A stretch of 63,739 bases of DNA, filler included, from Perkinsus chesapeaki ATCC PRA-425 (GCA_013115145.1; 10 parts of 10 records of this genome joined end to end with filler, not necessarily neighbours in it), one strand, 5' to 3'. Positions 10,391 to 24,499 are shown, counted from the whole stretch's first letter. Made by a program: numbers and translations. Notes: a model not told the origin generated them from the letters alone.

Positions 10391-13300
10391 TCAATGGTTC
10401 GTCAAGGGTGTGTACTCTGCCATCTGGGACTTAACCTCTAGCATCACCTCCTCCCTGAGCTGTGCCTGACAACAACAATATCGACAATTCGGCTTCCCAG
10501 CCAGAACAACGTTAGAAGATCGTTGCAACCAGAACAAAACAAGCTCTGTAACATTAAGGCTTTATAAAGTGAGAATAAGCCTCATCCTGAGTACAAAGGT
10601 ATATACCTGAGTACTATGTACTATACCATTAGTACATACCACTAGTACTTTACCAATAACTATACGATTAGATATACACTGTCTGGGAACTACTCATTGC
10701 AGGATACTACCAGCCTATCCCCGTCCGGCCTATTACCTGCAACGATCGTGTTATAAACTTCTTATAGATAAGCATACCGATACCCAAACCACCTATGATA
10801 CCCAATAGAATCAGCACCACTGTGCCGAAGGTTACTCCTCCTTGATAAATTCTGAAAAGCGGGCATCAAATTCTACTGTTTAAAATTACAATTCGCCTCC
10901 AAAGAATATCTACAAGAATTCACAGTTTATAATGTACATGAACATGGAGTCTATGCGCGACGATTCTCCCTCTGTTCTCATTGCCAACTCAACGTGAAGC
11001 GCAGGAGCCCCCAACAGCCTCCCTCATCTTCACGCTTTCTTTTATTGCCATTATAACGGCAACCATTAGTGGTGGAATTGCAAAAGCCATCTCGAGATTC
11101 CCTCGTGAAATTCTCTTCACTCGTTAACATGTGTACCTCAACTACGTCGGAGCCAGGAAGTCAATTCCCTTCTCTAATTCTTATAGATATTTTATAGCCG
11201 TATTACATGTCCGGAGATTGATATTTACCGCATGCTGCCGGAGGATCTGTGAAAGCGGAACATATAGCCCGGATGATAGGATCGGCTTCTAGGTCCCCCG
11301 CATATCTGATAGAAAAACCGGAAAATATGGAAATTAACATTCTTATCAGCACTCCCCTACTACCTCCAACCATTGATTCTTATAGCCGACGGACTCCATG
11401 CTTTAGTCTGGACTTGAGCGTTCAAAATTGTCTGAACACAAATTCCTACTTTGCAATCTTCCGCACATATTCATTTTGATTTACTAAACAATTTATATAT
11501 TAAACCACAACCTTCCTCATCCATATCACACATTTTGCACACTACCATTAACCAACCAATGCATACAACGGGACATTCACTTCATAAAGTGCCGCCGCAT
11601 GCTCACCGTGCGCACTGAGGTAGTCTGCTGCACAACTTCCAACACTCAACGCTCTGCAGTTGAAGACTCATATTTTTCAGAATTAAACAGAAGGCGGAGA
11701 AAAAACAAGCTTGAAATCATTCCCATGCATAAGACTACCGACTACGCTGTAAAACAGCACTAGCGACGTACAGAGGGCAATACACTCACCAACTACGAGA
11801 ATTCATTGCACTCACCAACTACGAGAATTCATTGCGCTCACCAACTACGAGCATTGGCAGAAACTCATGGGCAAAGTGTCATCCTATCATGTCCTTTCCG
11901 ACCTGTCCCGTTCGACATCTCTCCCAAAACCCTCCTACCTTCCTAGAAGTATTATCAGTCATACATGCATTCACCTTAGGTACATCGATGCCCAATTTAT
12001 TCATCACCTTACCAATGATAATTGGATTGATGATACAGCAACACCTATCGGCAGGCTCACCCTCTCAGCACACTTGTCCCCGAAACGCTTGTCCTCGGCT
12101 TTTTTCTTCCACTGGTCATGTGACATCACAGCTGGGCACCTGTACAAGCATACCATGGAGCCCAATGAGTGCAATTACAATTCAGCACTCACAATGCGCA
12201 TTCGTACTCGGACACTTCTAGTACTCTTCGAATGAGATGGATCGGTTTGTTCCCTCATTTCCACCAATATGATCGAACAGTCATGAGATTCTAAAACGCT
12301 TGTCCGAATTTCTACCAATACAGCCCCGAGTTCAATATTTCTCACCCGTAAGATTGATGCGGTTACCTCAAAAAACGAATTCACAGTTTTATTCACACTG
12401 TATAAAAGCTAGTCTCATCGATTTTCGAGATTATGTTAGCTGCCCCTCAAACTGGTAAACGTAGTACCCACAGAAAATGGTAATGAACAAGAGCGGAATC
12501 TCGACAACTATTAGACGATTGATTATGGCACACTTCCGTATAGCCAAGATACCCAAAGGCTTTTGGTGGCTCCTTACTCGTCGAGGAATGAAGACTTGTA
12601 GTCTATATAGGCATCGGAATGCTTGAAGGCACCAAAGGTGTCACCTAAGGAAGGATTCATGGAAGGTGGAGGTGAAATGAAAGAGGTACTGTTGAATGAG
12701 AGAAAGCCTTAATAGAGAAGGATGATGCTACAACAAAGGTAATATAATATAATAAAGGTAATATAATATAATAAAGGTAATATAATATAATAAAGGTAAT
12801 ATAATATAATAAAGGNNNNNNNNNNNNNNNNNNNNNNNNNNNNNNNNNNNNNNNNNNNNNNNNNNNNNNNNNNNNNNNNNNNNNNNNNNNNNNNNNNNNN
12901 NNNNNNNNNNTAATATAATATAATAAAGGTAATATAATATAATAAAGGTAATATAATATAATAAAGGTAATATAATATAATAAAGATATTGTAATATAAT
13001 AAAGGTAATATAATATAATAGAAGTAATGCTAAAGCTTAGTGTTACCAGCTGATAAAGACTCTGCTGTCATTTCTCTGATACAAAGCTGTCTCAGTCCTT
13101 CATAAACCACCATGCGACCAGTAAGCTGACTGCTGCCTTCTACATCATCCGAGCAATATCTAACCATCCATGTATCATGCACGCTTCAACCTAAGATTCT
13201 ATTACGTATGCTCCTCCTCTGATAAACACATGTCCTCATATGCCTTATAATCTAGTGAGAATACATTGTAATGTGGCCTCAGATTAATTCTTCCTTTTAT

Positions 13301-15861
13301 TTCACGCATGAACGGTGCCTGAAACCTATCATGTTGAAACCTTGTCGAGCGTATATTTTTCCAACTAAACTTGACAAATGCAACCGCGACCTCTGTTAGT
13401 AATCAGAATGAGCAATGCCCCACAACCGTTGATAGACCTCATTTCCAACCGTGAAACGCGCTTTTTGGTAAGTAACAAAAAGCTAATTTTTACCATTCAA
13501 TTTTTTACCGAGTTTTCACTATACATTTTATTAATCTATAAATACCGTACAAGGGTTTACATACTCCGAAAACAACCCCCAACCAATACTGTCACGAATG
13601 TTATAGTAATGCTGGACGCTTGCTACCTTCACAACGCACTCCACATTAAACTGCCTACCAGTTCCTTGAATAGTTTATAACTATCCTGTCTGCCTGCACT
13701 AGTCCACCAATCAAATACTACTACGTGTTGAGCTGGCAGATTCCATGATAGCTCTACAAGAATATACCTGATATAACAATACAACGCTACTACCGAGCTA
13801 TCAGAACCTTACTTATGCATCCGAACATCGGTAACTCCTAAATTATCCTTATTAAATCGATCAAGCCAGGACCTGGAGGTAAACCACAAAGGTGATACTA
13901 TACAACATTAGCAATAATCCATTCTAAAACTTGCTACTAAATGTTATATTGGATACCAGCGGCTGAGGATAATACAAATGCCATTAGTAATGTTCCTTTA
14001 TAAAATATCATACAATATGCTATATTATAAACTAGGGCAGCACACTCCTTTATTATATGTCGCGTTATGATGATAATAGGTGGGTAGTAATCAACCAGTA
14101 GTCCACTTTTCAGATGTTTGCAACGGTTAAGTCTAATAACGCTCCGGAGATCCTCCCGATGAAAACTATAGCGTAGTGCATTCAATGCACTGCATTGTCC
14201 GAATCGCCCTCACAACTTGCCCTACCAGAGCTTACAGCAAAAGCATGCCAACAGAGGCTTGGGCAACTTAGATGGCAGTCCTTCAGTTACAGTTCAAAAA
14301 TTTCATCCGGTGTGCCCCTTGCCTAACTGCAACGTTGTAGCGTAGTGTAAGTTATACTACACTACAACGTTACTGTATAACTTCCCCATTCATGAACTAT
14401 CTCATCCCTTACAAAAGAAGTGATCTGGCAGCCTCTCGCCCAACATTCCCTCGGCGGTAGTGCCACAAGCCACTCACCTCAAAACCTCCGAGTCATTCCA
14501 ATCCAACAATATAGTAGGCACATTAACTCTGGAGCCATATCCATCATCAGCTGGGACGACATTGGACACCTAATAAGCTACAAATGACATCTACTGCAAG
14601 TTAAGTGAAACATATATAAATTATTCAAAGTAAACGCCTCATTTAAGTGATAAAAATAATCTCACTTTCCAAACTACACAGTTAAAGTTGGCAGCACCAA
14701 TTCCTACCAGGTGCGCGTGAGCCCGATCACGTGGTTACCTAGACGATTTAAAACGAAGCCAACAATCAATCCCCTAAGGCATTGTTTTGTGTCGCATTGT
14801 CCCTATTACATCCTGATCACGTTTATCGTATGACTGCAATATGATGACCGCCGCAGCATTCTTCTTCTCCTCAGCCACCCGAACTTTGGATACAAAAGTG
14901 CAAGTGCCCCTAACCACTCACCATTTCGTGGCGCGTGACTTTTTCATTACTACCTGTCTACCACCACAATATTAAGTGGGATATTGGAGCCATCTGCAGA
15001 TGTCGGTTCGCCAACCTTCTCATTTTTCGAATTGAACTCTTGACCGTCGACGTCATAGTCGTTTTGGCAGTGGTTACTAGTGGAGCTAGCGTACACCAGA
15101 CGACCTGAACACGAATACAATGATATGAGCTTTGTTACACTAGCAGAAATGCTTCGCGCTTTCCACAGAAAAATTCTTATATGATGTCGGCGTGACAAAA
15201 TGGTATACGGAGCTACTTTGATGAACTCTCATTTCATTTCACGGTATTAGTGACTTGCTATCCTCCATGCTGTTTGGCAAGTAGTGTCCGACTTCTAGAG
15301 AGATTTCATTTTCTGGTCTTACCAATTTGTTGTTTTCAAAACAGTTAGGTGAGTTTGCCACCACCTTACAACCACTGGAATTTCACTTGCATTGAGCAAA
15401 CAATCAATACTGGAGTACGAAGGTATTTATACCGGAGGCAAGAGCGGGACACGAGTGAACAAGTGCACTCTGTAATAGCCAGCCACTTTCGAAGTTTTGG
15501 CGATTGGACACTTTCAAACATACACCACTGTCATATCCACTAATGTGTGTGCAGCATAGCCCTCAAAGCTTTAAAGGCATCTCACAGTGTGCCTATCCGA
15601 GTACGAGTACATCACCATTGCCACTTACCACGTTGTCGCTGCCCATAATGCGGTGTTCCAAAGGTGGCCGTAGCGCCAAACATAAATCCATTATTCTGTA
15701 TATTCTTAGCTTTCCAAGGTTCATCTATCTTTTGCACCTTATCAAACAGCAACTCTTCCCCTTTTCCTTATCACCCGAAATATTACCAACTCCTCTGGCT
15801 TGATAACTCTGACTTGGCCGGTTGATAGGGGGAATATGGCGAGTAAGGCGATGAGCCGCAT
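10391..15861 (-). CDS. Vacuolar sorting receptor (BP-80/VSR)-like type I membrane protein, many exons, spans an N gap in an intron
   Basis: Signal peptide MRLIALLAIFPLSTG-QVRVIKPEEL; ATATFGTPHYG; PA domain VVVDRGTCTFVSKVRVAEEKKNAAAVII; VPADDGYGSRVNVPTILL; LVELSWNLP; PHYNVFSL; GLRQLCI; AWSPSAIRINGWRYAGDL..ICSAF; TM VTFGTVVLILLGIIGGLGIGMLIY; tail LREEVMLEVKSQMAEYTPLTNH*. Confidence 0.85.
11783..11851. repeat. 26-bp tandem repeat, ~2.7 copies, intronic in the VSR gene
   Basis: Unit cactcaccaactacgagaattcattg. Confidence 0.85.
12735..13020. repeat. 19-bp AT-rich minisatellite spanning an N gap (12816-12910), intronic in the VSR gene
   Basis: Unit aaaggtaatataatataat present on both sides of the gap. 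Confidence 0.95.
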
Positions 15862-16637
15862 AGGAATGTATTAAACTATACACCCTTCAATGGAACAAAA
15901 AGGGACAGACAAATTGTGTCGGGAAGTTAATCAGAATAACACTGTAGACTGGTCTGCGTAGTTTTTATTATTATCATCAACTGCGTACGGAACCAGCTGG
16001 AAAGATAGCAAGATAATAGCGAATAGAATTGCAAAAGATAATGAAAAGTGACGGTCAATAGAAACCCTTCAATGTTATGTTTACGAAACAAAGAAAGGAA
16101 AAGTTTAATCATTCAAAGTGGAGGCATACAGTCTCGAATATATATATTATTTCAAGTGATGACGCACAGTAAATTAAAGAGATGTAGGACCAATAAAAAT
16201 GGCATATAGAGCAAAGGTGACAGCAAGCATAGGGTGCTGAATAAGTCCATACTTCAGTAGTACATGGCCCTAAAGGCGGCACGATTGTTGATGAGTGGCT
16301 AGCTGGATGGGAATTTATACACAGGGATTACAGTGATAATTAATAAACTATGACTCCTATAAAGAAATTATGATCACAAACGAATGTATATTATTACCGT
16401 ATAATAAATGACAAAACCAAACCTATTCATGGATTCACCTACCACCACAACGACCCCACCGCCTTTAACACAATTGGATACTTCCAACTCGAGAAGATAT
16501 AGAAATGGTAGTTGTGGTAGTGAACAAATGGAATGTTTTATTCATCATAAGTGGCATACACATCTGCCTCCTCCTCCACCTCCTTCGACTATCAGCCTTA
16601 ACCAGCTACCAAACTATTATTGTTGGTAAGCATCATT

Positions 16638-19600
16638 TTAATGAGTACGATTATCGTCCCTTCGAGGTGCCACTGGCAGCTCATCTTCAAGATGGCAATA
16701 ACTGAAAGACAGATAAGAAGTATATTAAATACACAAGCACGGTGGCTCTGAAGCTCGGAAGGAATTTCAGAGGCAATTACACAATCCGATAGAGACAGCT
16801 CCAACGGCCGTGTGGTGATTCGACCGCAAAACGTTCCGCTCCCTATTTGTCTTGTCCAAATTAAAGAATTGCCAACTTTGTCTAACTTTGTTAAACGCAA
16901 ATTTAATCTACCAAATTTCCTACACAAATTCTGTACCCATTATTACTCAAACTGAAAGTCCTTTTTGATTTTCTGTGCCCACTCGTCCGCATAGCAATCG
17001 AAATAGACATAAGTGCCATACTCGAATTTCGGATTAACCACCGAAGGCTCACTATGACGCTTGAACCATGTACCTGCCCACACTTCATACCAACTTTTCC
17101 CCAGATCCTAGCCTACCATAGCGGCTATGGAACCTCCAGCTCATGCGCTTAAGCTCCCTTGCGGCCAAGTACCTACAAATAGGCCTCTTAATACCGCTGG
17201 CGATGCAGGATATTACTGGGCATATGTACCCGGACGATAGTAAAAGACAAACATAAGTGTATCAAATGGTAACTTTTGGAACCTGAGTAAGAATAGTTTT
17301 AATTCAACAACAAAATACGCTCAAAAAGCGCTAAGCCAATATAAAGTGTTAAGCATATATATATCACTAATATCATGTATTCACCAATATAAGTATTAAG
17401 CATAACTAACACTAGCGCCCACCATTATGCCATAATATTCGATATAATCTAGTTACATCACTTCCATATACATTACAGATACCTTCTGATTCAAGGCGTT
17501 GATTTATTACGGTAATTAAGGTACACTATGTAGTGCCGCTTAAAATGAGATAAAGCATGTGCCCGACGGCTATATAATTTCCATTCCTTATTACATGTAA
17601 GCTTTAAAATAAAACTAATATGAACTTCACCCCTACAACCATACCAGATAGCAAGATTTTGCGGAAATTTGGTAGAATTTCCCCCACTACATACACTGCC
17701 TCTGAATCTACTGCCTCCACTGATCGCTGAGGATAAGGGCTCTTCCTAGCTGCACTCGATGGTATAGGATTTGGGGGAATCTGTACCAATTAATCAATCG
17801 AGTATCCAGCTTCCAGTTATAGCACTACATAAGATTCCTCAGTAGTGCACAAGTCCGTTGGCATCGGTCTGTTCTCAAAGCTGCGAAGTAGCACTTCCAT
17901 TGCCGGATCGACTGGTGCAGTCTGCCTTGGAGTGTTCTCCTGGTCGACATGATTGCCTCCCCGGACTGAACACGAAATTCATGGCGATATTTCCAGATAT
18001 CCTACTTTGGGAAGTAGAAGAAGAAGCTGAACTAAGCGGTGTTGCGGCTTGCGGCGGAGAAATGGGCAACGTAGACGAGGTGGCCTAAACGACGGGTGCC
18101 GGGATCAAGCCAGGGACCTTCCAATGACCCTACATTAGTCGGCGTCGGCTCCTTCTCAGCTACCTCGACCTTCTCCTCCTTACTATCAATTGGCGTATCT
18201 AAATACTCCCCCCATTGCCTACACATATACCCTCATTATTAAGCTCACCATCATATTCCTCAATTGGTGGTGGAGGATAGCTAGGTACCGTTGGTGGGCT
18301 AGGCGGTGCCGGCGGTGATATCGATGGCAACGCAGGCAACGTGGGCATCGGAGGCGACTGACAGATACCATTATCGCGCTCCAGCGTTCTTACACCTCAA
18401 CGTTAGACCCTATCGCTAGTTTAGTATTCTCGGCAATTTCGAAGGACGTACGTACGAGTATCACAGCACACCCGAAAGCATCTTAAAACCAAAGCTACTA
18501 TCGAAAGGCGCTTGTCGAGGTAGTCTCCCTAGCAACGTATTCCTCTCGTGTGTTCGCAAAATTGACCGAGTTGCTATATTTAGTATCAGCAAATGTTCGG
18601 GTAGTATAATAATGGACTTCAATAGTAATCTTATTACACAGAGCTTCAATGTAATTGACAATAGTAAATTTTATTTCAATGTACTCTGTACGCTATATAT
18701 AGTAGAATCACCATCAGCAGCAACATTAGTGCTCCTACCAATCATGGTAAAATATTTTCTAAAAAAGCTGAAAAGCAGCTGATTCTCATAATAAGTTGTC
18801 ATGATCATTAAAACAGCTGCACTGCTCTATTCCCTACCCTACCTTCGAGGGCGGTTGATGTCCAGCTGCCTTGGCTGCCAATGCCTTCTGCATCGCTTTA
18901 GCACCGGCCGATAAAGGTACCTATCAACCACAGTTACATGAATGCCTCAATTTAAACCTCAACAGACGCGAAGAGTTCTAATTATCACATAACCTTCCTC
19001 AGTTGTTATACTACACTTAACATAACAACACCTTAAACTTCAAGCACCCTGCACCATACAAGTGCTTGACATAGCGCTCTGCTCGGTACTGGAGTACCCC
19101 CTACTCTTCAGAGCAATAGTGAATTAAGAATAAATTATAGTGTTTTACTCGTTTATAGTGGGTGACCATTTTTATATCATACAGTACAACATATACCCCT
19201 CAAACTGCCTCATTTCTAATCAAAGCGATCCACAGTCACTGATATGCTTGCTGGACGCGGTCTCATTTCCGACTCTTACTCCAGCTGCTGCCCCGTTTGT
19301 GTTCGCTGTCCCCCTAGTACCTCCTTGACCGGTTTCTTAGGCTTGTCCTCATCAGAGCTCTCCTGTGACTCCTGAGTATCCGTGGGCTCTTCCTCCCCTG
19401 GAGCTGGCTCTTCAACATCTATTGGCTTTGTATAGGCATTAATCCTATTATCATCCAAGTTGTGATTGGCATACAGCTCCTCGTCATGGTAGTAGTCAGG
19501 GTTCTCGTGCTCCTCTAGATAGTAGCTGCAAACAAGGCATGAAATTCTCTCCACCAAGAAGGGCTATAGGCTTCAGCCCCTCTACATCACTGGGAAGCTA

Positions 19601-21431
19601 ACACGCCATTCGAAGGCAATAGTAACCTACTCCAGAGCTTGCTCCGTTATTTCCAGTTCGTCATAGTCGACATCCTCCTCATTATCAAGCTTCCTTATCA
19701 ACTGTTCAAGCTTGGCCTGATGCCACTGGTGCCGGGCAATCCAGAGCTCTGCATATCAGATCACTGTCAGTATAGTTCACCCTTTATTATTACTCAGCTC
19801 AGCCACTCTAGTAGACTCTGCTGGCGACAACTTAGCGCCCTTAGACTTCTTCTTTTTCCCTGAAAACAGGCAAGCAGTAACTTCATGCGTCTACGAAGAG
19901 TATCATATCTTTCATCACTTTCAGCTAAAAAGGCGCTAGTTTTAAATCACATTAAACTACTGATTTGTATCAAATACAGCTTCGCAAAGCGATATATGTT
20001 CCATTATATTCATAAGCTATCAAAGCCGCTATATTCAGATAATTATTAGTAAATATTCATATCAACGCATATAATTATAATAAAGATCGATATATTAGAC
20101 TTAATGAATCTAATCTATACCTCTACATCATATCTTATTATATATTATAATATAATATCTACCGTATACGATCGATATTGCCCTTACCTTTTTCTCGACC
20201 TCCTTCTCCCATTATCTTTTCCACTTCTGCAGTGTACTCATCAATCTGCCCATTTAATACTATATTATATTATATTAAGTACCACTACCTGTTGAGTGAG
20301 CTGATCTACATACCCTTCAAGACGCCCTCGAGTCTCCATCCGCTTTTGTTCGGCCGGGTCCAACTTATCCTAAAATCAAAGCTCCCATGAATCACCGACT
20401 GGAATAATTTACGCCGCATTATAGTCAACAGAATCGGTGTGCCACCAGTAACACTAGTGGTGTAAAATATAGTCTATCAAGGTCATCACAGCCAAGGCAA
20501 GGAGCAGGATACATAGTCATTCCAAATGTAGATGAGATCCTATAACCATTGACAGTCAACACCGTGAGGATGTCAGACTAAATGAGAAAATGTCCTCGGA
20601 TAGCCACCCATCGAGTTACGATAGCATACGATAGCAATGTTATATATTACACAAGTTGTGACCATTGTAAAAGCTTGCAATTAGGCACCAGTGCAGAGAG
20701 TAAGCCCTATGCAACCTATTTATGTTACACGAAGCACATACGTGCCACATGGCCTAATATTAGAAATAACTAGTTATAATGTCATTATTGATATATTAAT
20801 ATCAATAATATTATCTCACAATAATACTGTTGTGATCATAGATATATCAATACTATAATCACGTATAAAAATGACGTATCACACAATGTAAAATACCAAT
20901 AATAATAAAGTACACCTTCGCGCAGTCCCTATATGCCGTATAACATCTTCCCACTTCTACCTGAGCTTGAAGTCCCATAAAGCTAAATGGCTTAGTTTTG
21001 CTCTCTCGTTCAAACTCCTTGAACCGTTCCATCTCAACCTATCAGAGCCAGCCTTTTCCCAATCAATCCGCCACTACAGCTCACCTCGATTTTCCGTCGA
21101 GTATCAGTAAGCTTTACTTTGTCTTTAACTTCCTGAATCAATCGCCATATTTACCCTTAACCTCGCTGTAATTCATCACTACCGTTCCACTTATCCATTT
21201 CATTATCTCTTCTCTATACCGTTGAAGCTTTTTTATTTCCTTTTTGAGGTCCATCTGGTTCTTTTCCTAAACCAAGCATTCCCCCGCACTGCAAAGATTC
21301 CAGCTCACCCGTTGGTTCTGGTTTTGGCTCTCCTCGACTTTCCTCCAGACTTGTTGAAATTCATCAATGCCTTCGTCCACCTTTTTAAGTGTTACATCGA
21401 TCGTCGCCTGCAGCTTTCGTGTGGCAGACAT
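16638..21431 (-). CDS. NOT3: CCR4-NOT complex subunit NOT3/NOT5 (CNOT3), multi-exon
   Basis: N-terminal Not3 domain MSATRKLQATIDVTLKKVDEGIDEFQQVWRKV..DLKKEIKKLQRYREEIMKWI..RRKIEVEMERFKEFERESKTKPFS. C-terminal NOT box [74 protein letters not shown]. Low-complexity exons lie between. Confidence 0.93.
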
Positions 21432-22337
21432 GCTTAACTGATCCTATAAATGGTCAGTGTGAGGAAAAAGGACAATAACTATTGGAAAAGAGTAAACGGG
21501 ACGCATCTCGTATTTCATTTATTCAGGAATTTTAAGAGGCTTTTTTCAAGTCGATCAGAACTGATTCAGTAACATCTTGCCGCTGCAACGATAAGCGTCG
21601 GCTGCTCTTCACAAACTGTGCATGAAGATTCCAAAGGAGGTTGATTAGTTAAGCTTGCTAATGTTGCTCATTTTCCCATGGCCAGCGAATTTTTATATCG
21701 AATATTGTATTAAAAATTATGACTGTTGATTAATGAAAAGTCAATCTCAATCGTCCCAGCGTCTTTGGATACATAAAAGGCACTGGCAGATATCGATATA
21801 TTGAAAAACACCAAGTCGACTCCACAGTAGCTTCTCTTTAGTATTTTCGGCGTCCCGCATCGGTCCACAGTGTTTTTCTCGTCTTTAACGAAGACAGCCT
21901 CCTCCGATTGAGACGACTACGATGTGTTTTTGCGACCTGGAAAGAATTTAAATGCAAAACCTACTATTGTCCTTGCGATCAGATTGCTTTACAAATCAGA
22001 ACGGTTCTCAAGCGATTATCAACGAGTAAACTACTCCGATCATGAGACATTTTGTCAGGACTACGAATAAGACCCGACCCAAAGATGTACTGCTAAACCC
22101 AAGAACAACCAAGATATAGACACNNNNNNNNNNNNNNNNNNNNNNNNNNNNNNNNNNNNNNNNNNNNTTAATTAATTAANNNNNNNNNNNNNNNNNNNNN
22201 NNNNNNNNNNNNNNNNNNNNNNNGTAATATCAATTCCATATGATCCCCCATATGCTGTAGGCTATATCACCAGACTACTCATATGTTGCTCGTGTTTCCG
22301 TTTTTCGTCTCTCGTTTTCTCTAATTCTCACTCCAGG

Positions 22338-24145
22338 TGACGATCATGAGTTTGATTCTGATTCTGATCACGAGCCCGAGGACGATGATTTTGATATGCA
22401 ATGGAGAATTGTTCCTTCTACACGCCGGTCCAAGAAAACGGGAAAATTCGGCAAACTTCTCATCATTGATGGCTATAAGTACTGGAGGCGACCAACTGCC
22501 AACACTGAAAAGGTACTGGGCATTAATGGTGCCGCAACCCCGCTTATGAAGCTTGTTCGAATGATCCAATCAAGCATTGCTTGATGCCCGCCAACATCTG
22601 CAGTTTCTTTGTTCAGGTCAGATATATTTGCTCCACTGCAGGATGCAATTCCACTGCATATACCCTCATCATTGAGAAACCGGACTCCAATGATGTATTA
22701 GATGATGTGGAAGAAATGCTCGATCTTAGCTCGGTAAAGGTCCATGATCATGCTCCACCCGACATGTAATAACTCTCTGCTTGTACAATACGCATTATGT
22801 TAGTGCGTTCATTCACATAGTATATCTTTATCGTAGATCCAAGGGCTGGAATCGCATTGTTGCTCATCGCGTCCGTGAGATAACCAAGGAGACACCATTC
22901 CGCTGTGCGTCCTCTATTTATGATGAAGCAGTCAAGATAGTTCCAAAGGAGTCTCGCCATCTCGTGGGAAGTTTGACCCGGTTCGGTCCTCTCATATATC
23001 GGCAACGTTCTGAACATCTCCCTCCTAACCCGAAATCTGCCAAAGATGTTACTCTCCCTGATGATCTCACAGATGCTGTCGGAGAGTCCTTTGTTCTTGC
23101 CAACCAAATGGTATCTGGCGAGAGATTTGTTATCCTAGGATCACCTAGCGGTCTGGCACAGCTCATAGAGGCTTGTACTTGGGTCGTTGATGGGACTTTC
23201 AAGGCAGCAGGCGGCATTTTCCATCAATTGTTGGTCTTTCATAAGCCTGCCACACCGGTTAACACTCCTTTGGTCTTCGCCTTCCTCGAGGGCCGTTCTA
23301 CTGCCACATATTCGACTCTACTCTACCTGTTGCAGAATTGCTGTCTGAAGATACACAGGAAGAAACCGTGTGTGCAAACTATCATATCTGATTTCGAAGG
23401 TGGTATTGTGAAGGCTTTCCCTTCAACTCTGGGGCAAGTGCACCACCACCTTTGCCTTTTTCACTTCTCCCAGAATATCATTCGGCGTGTAGACAAGCTT
23501 GGCCTCGGGAGACTACATCGGGCAAATGCACACGGATTCCGTTCTCTATGTGATATGATCAGAGGTTTGCCTTTCGTCCCACTTGACCATCTGCAGCCCG
23601 CTTGGGATTCCATTAATGAATTCTTCTCTAAGAATATGGATAGCATCAGCGCTGCGGATAAACAAACGGTTGCCAAATTTTTGAAATATATTGAAAATAC
23701 TTACATCTCTGGTAATCAGATCTCACATGGTCAACCTCTTTTCCCCCCGCCGCAATGGAACGCTGCGGATATTGCTGGTGGCGGAGACGCGGGTCACCGA
23801 ACGTCGAATGTGGCCGAGTCGTTTAACAGGAAATTAAATCGAAGATTAGCTAGCCATAATCAAAGTTTTTTTTTCACAGTCTTCGTGTTGCTGGAGGTAC
23901 ATGATAAAGCTCAAGTGCAACTGAAGAGGGCTACTCTAGGAGATAAGCAAAGGGAACAAAGCAAGAGAAGACGTGATTGCGAGGTTGACCTGCAGAATTT
24001 ATACAAGAATTATTTTTCTCACGGCCTTAATCGTCTCTCCTCCCCGCAGTATCAGAGATATACAATGCTTTGTGCGAGCTGTATAGCACGTGCAAGAACT
24101 GCTGATAACACCGCATCGCGTGTGTCCAAGCGACAGAAAAAATAA
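22338..24145 (+). mobile_element. Mutator-like (MULE) DDE transposase with N-terminal FLYWCH-type zinc finger, spliced (at least 2 introns); first exon not resolved
   Basis: LIIDGYKYWRR..K/VRYICSTAGC..VHDH, then an uninterrupted core with VDGTF (D1), PLVFAFL, ISDFE (D2), CLFH and NVAESFN (E). GT-AG introns after 22512 and near 22766 restore the frame. Confidence 0.9.
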
Positions 24146-24418
24146 CTATTCTTCTTGTATCGCTAAAGACTAATTAAGTAGCTGCTCTGTCTTGTAACGA
24201 AACTGTCGTTTTATGTTGACCGTGCTTCTGTGTTTCTGACAAACTACAAAGTATTTGGGTTATGTAGTATAAGTTTGCGAACAATGCCACCTACTTCTGC
24301 ATCGCAATTCTACCATTAGTGAGCACGATCATCGTTGATCACCACAGACATGGTAGAACGGGACTCCCGTACGGGAGCGCTCGATGTCAAATTCTTCAGC
24401 TCGCTATTCGCAGATTAC

Positions 24419-24494
24419 GAGGCCCTACCTGGATTCGAACTCGCGGTCTCCGGATTAAAGGTACCGCGCTCTGCCAGTTGGACAGAAAAGACTC
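24419..24494 (-). pseudogene. Degenerate tRNA-like sequence (Gln-like 3' half)
   Basis: Minus strand reads GAGTCTTTTCTGTCCAACTGGCAGAGCGCGGTACCTTTAATCCGGAGACCGCGAGTTCGAATCCAGGTAGGGCCTC. A-box-like TGTCCAACTGG and B-box GTTCGAATCC are present; stems are imperfect. Confidence 0.45.
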
Positions 24495-24499
24495 AGCGT

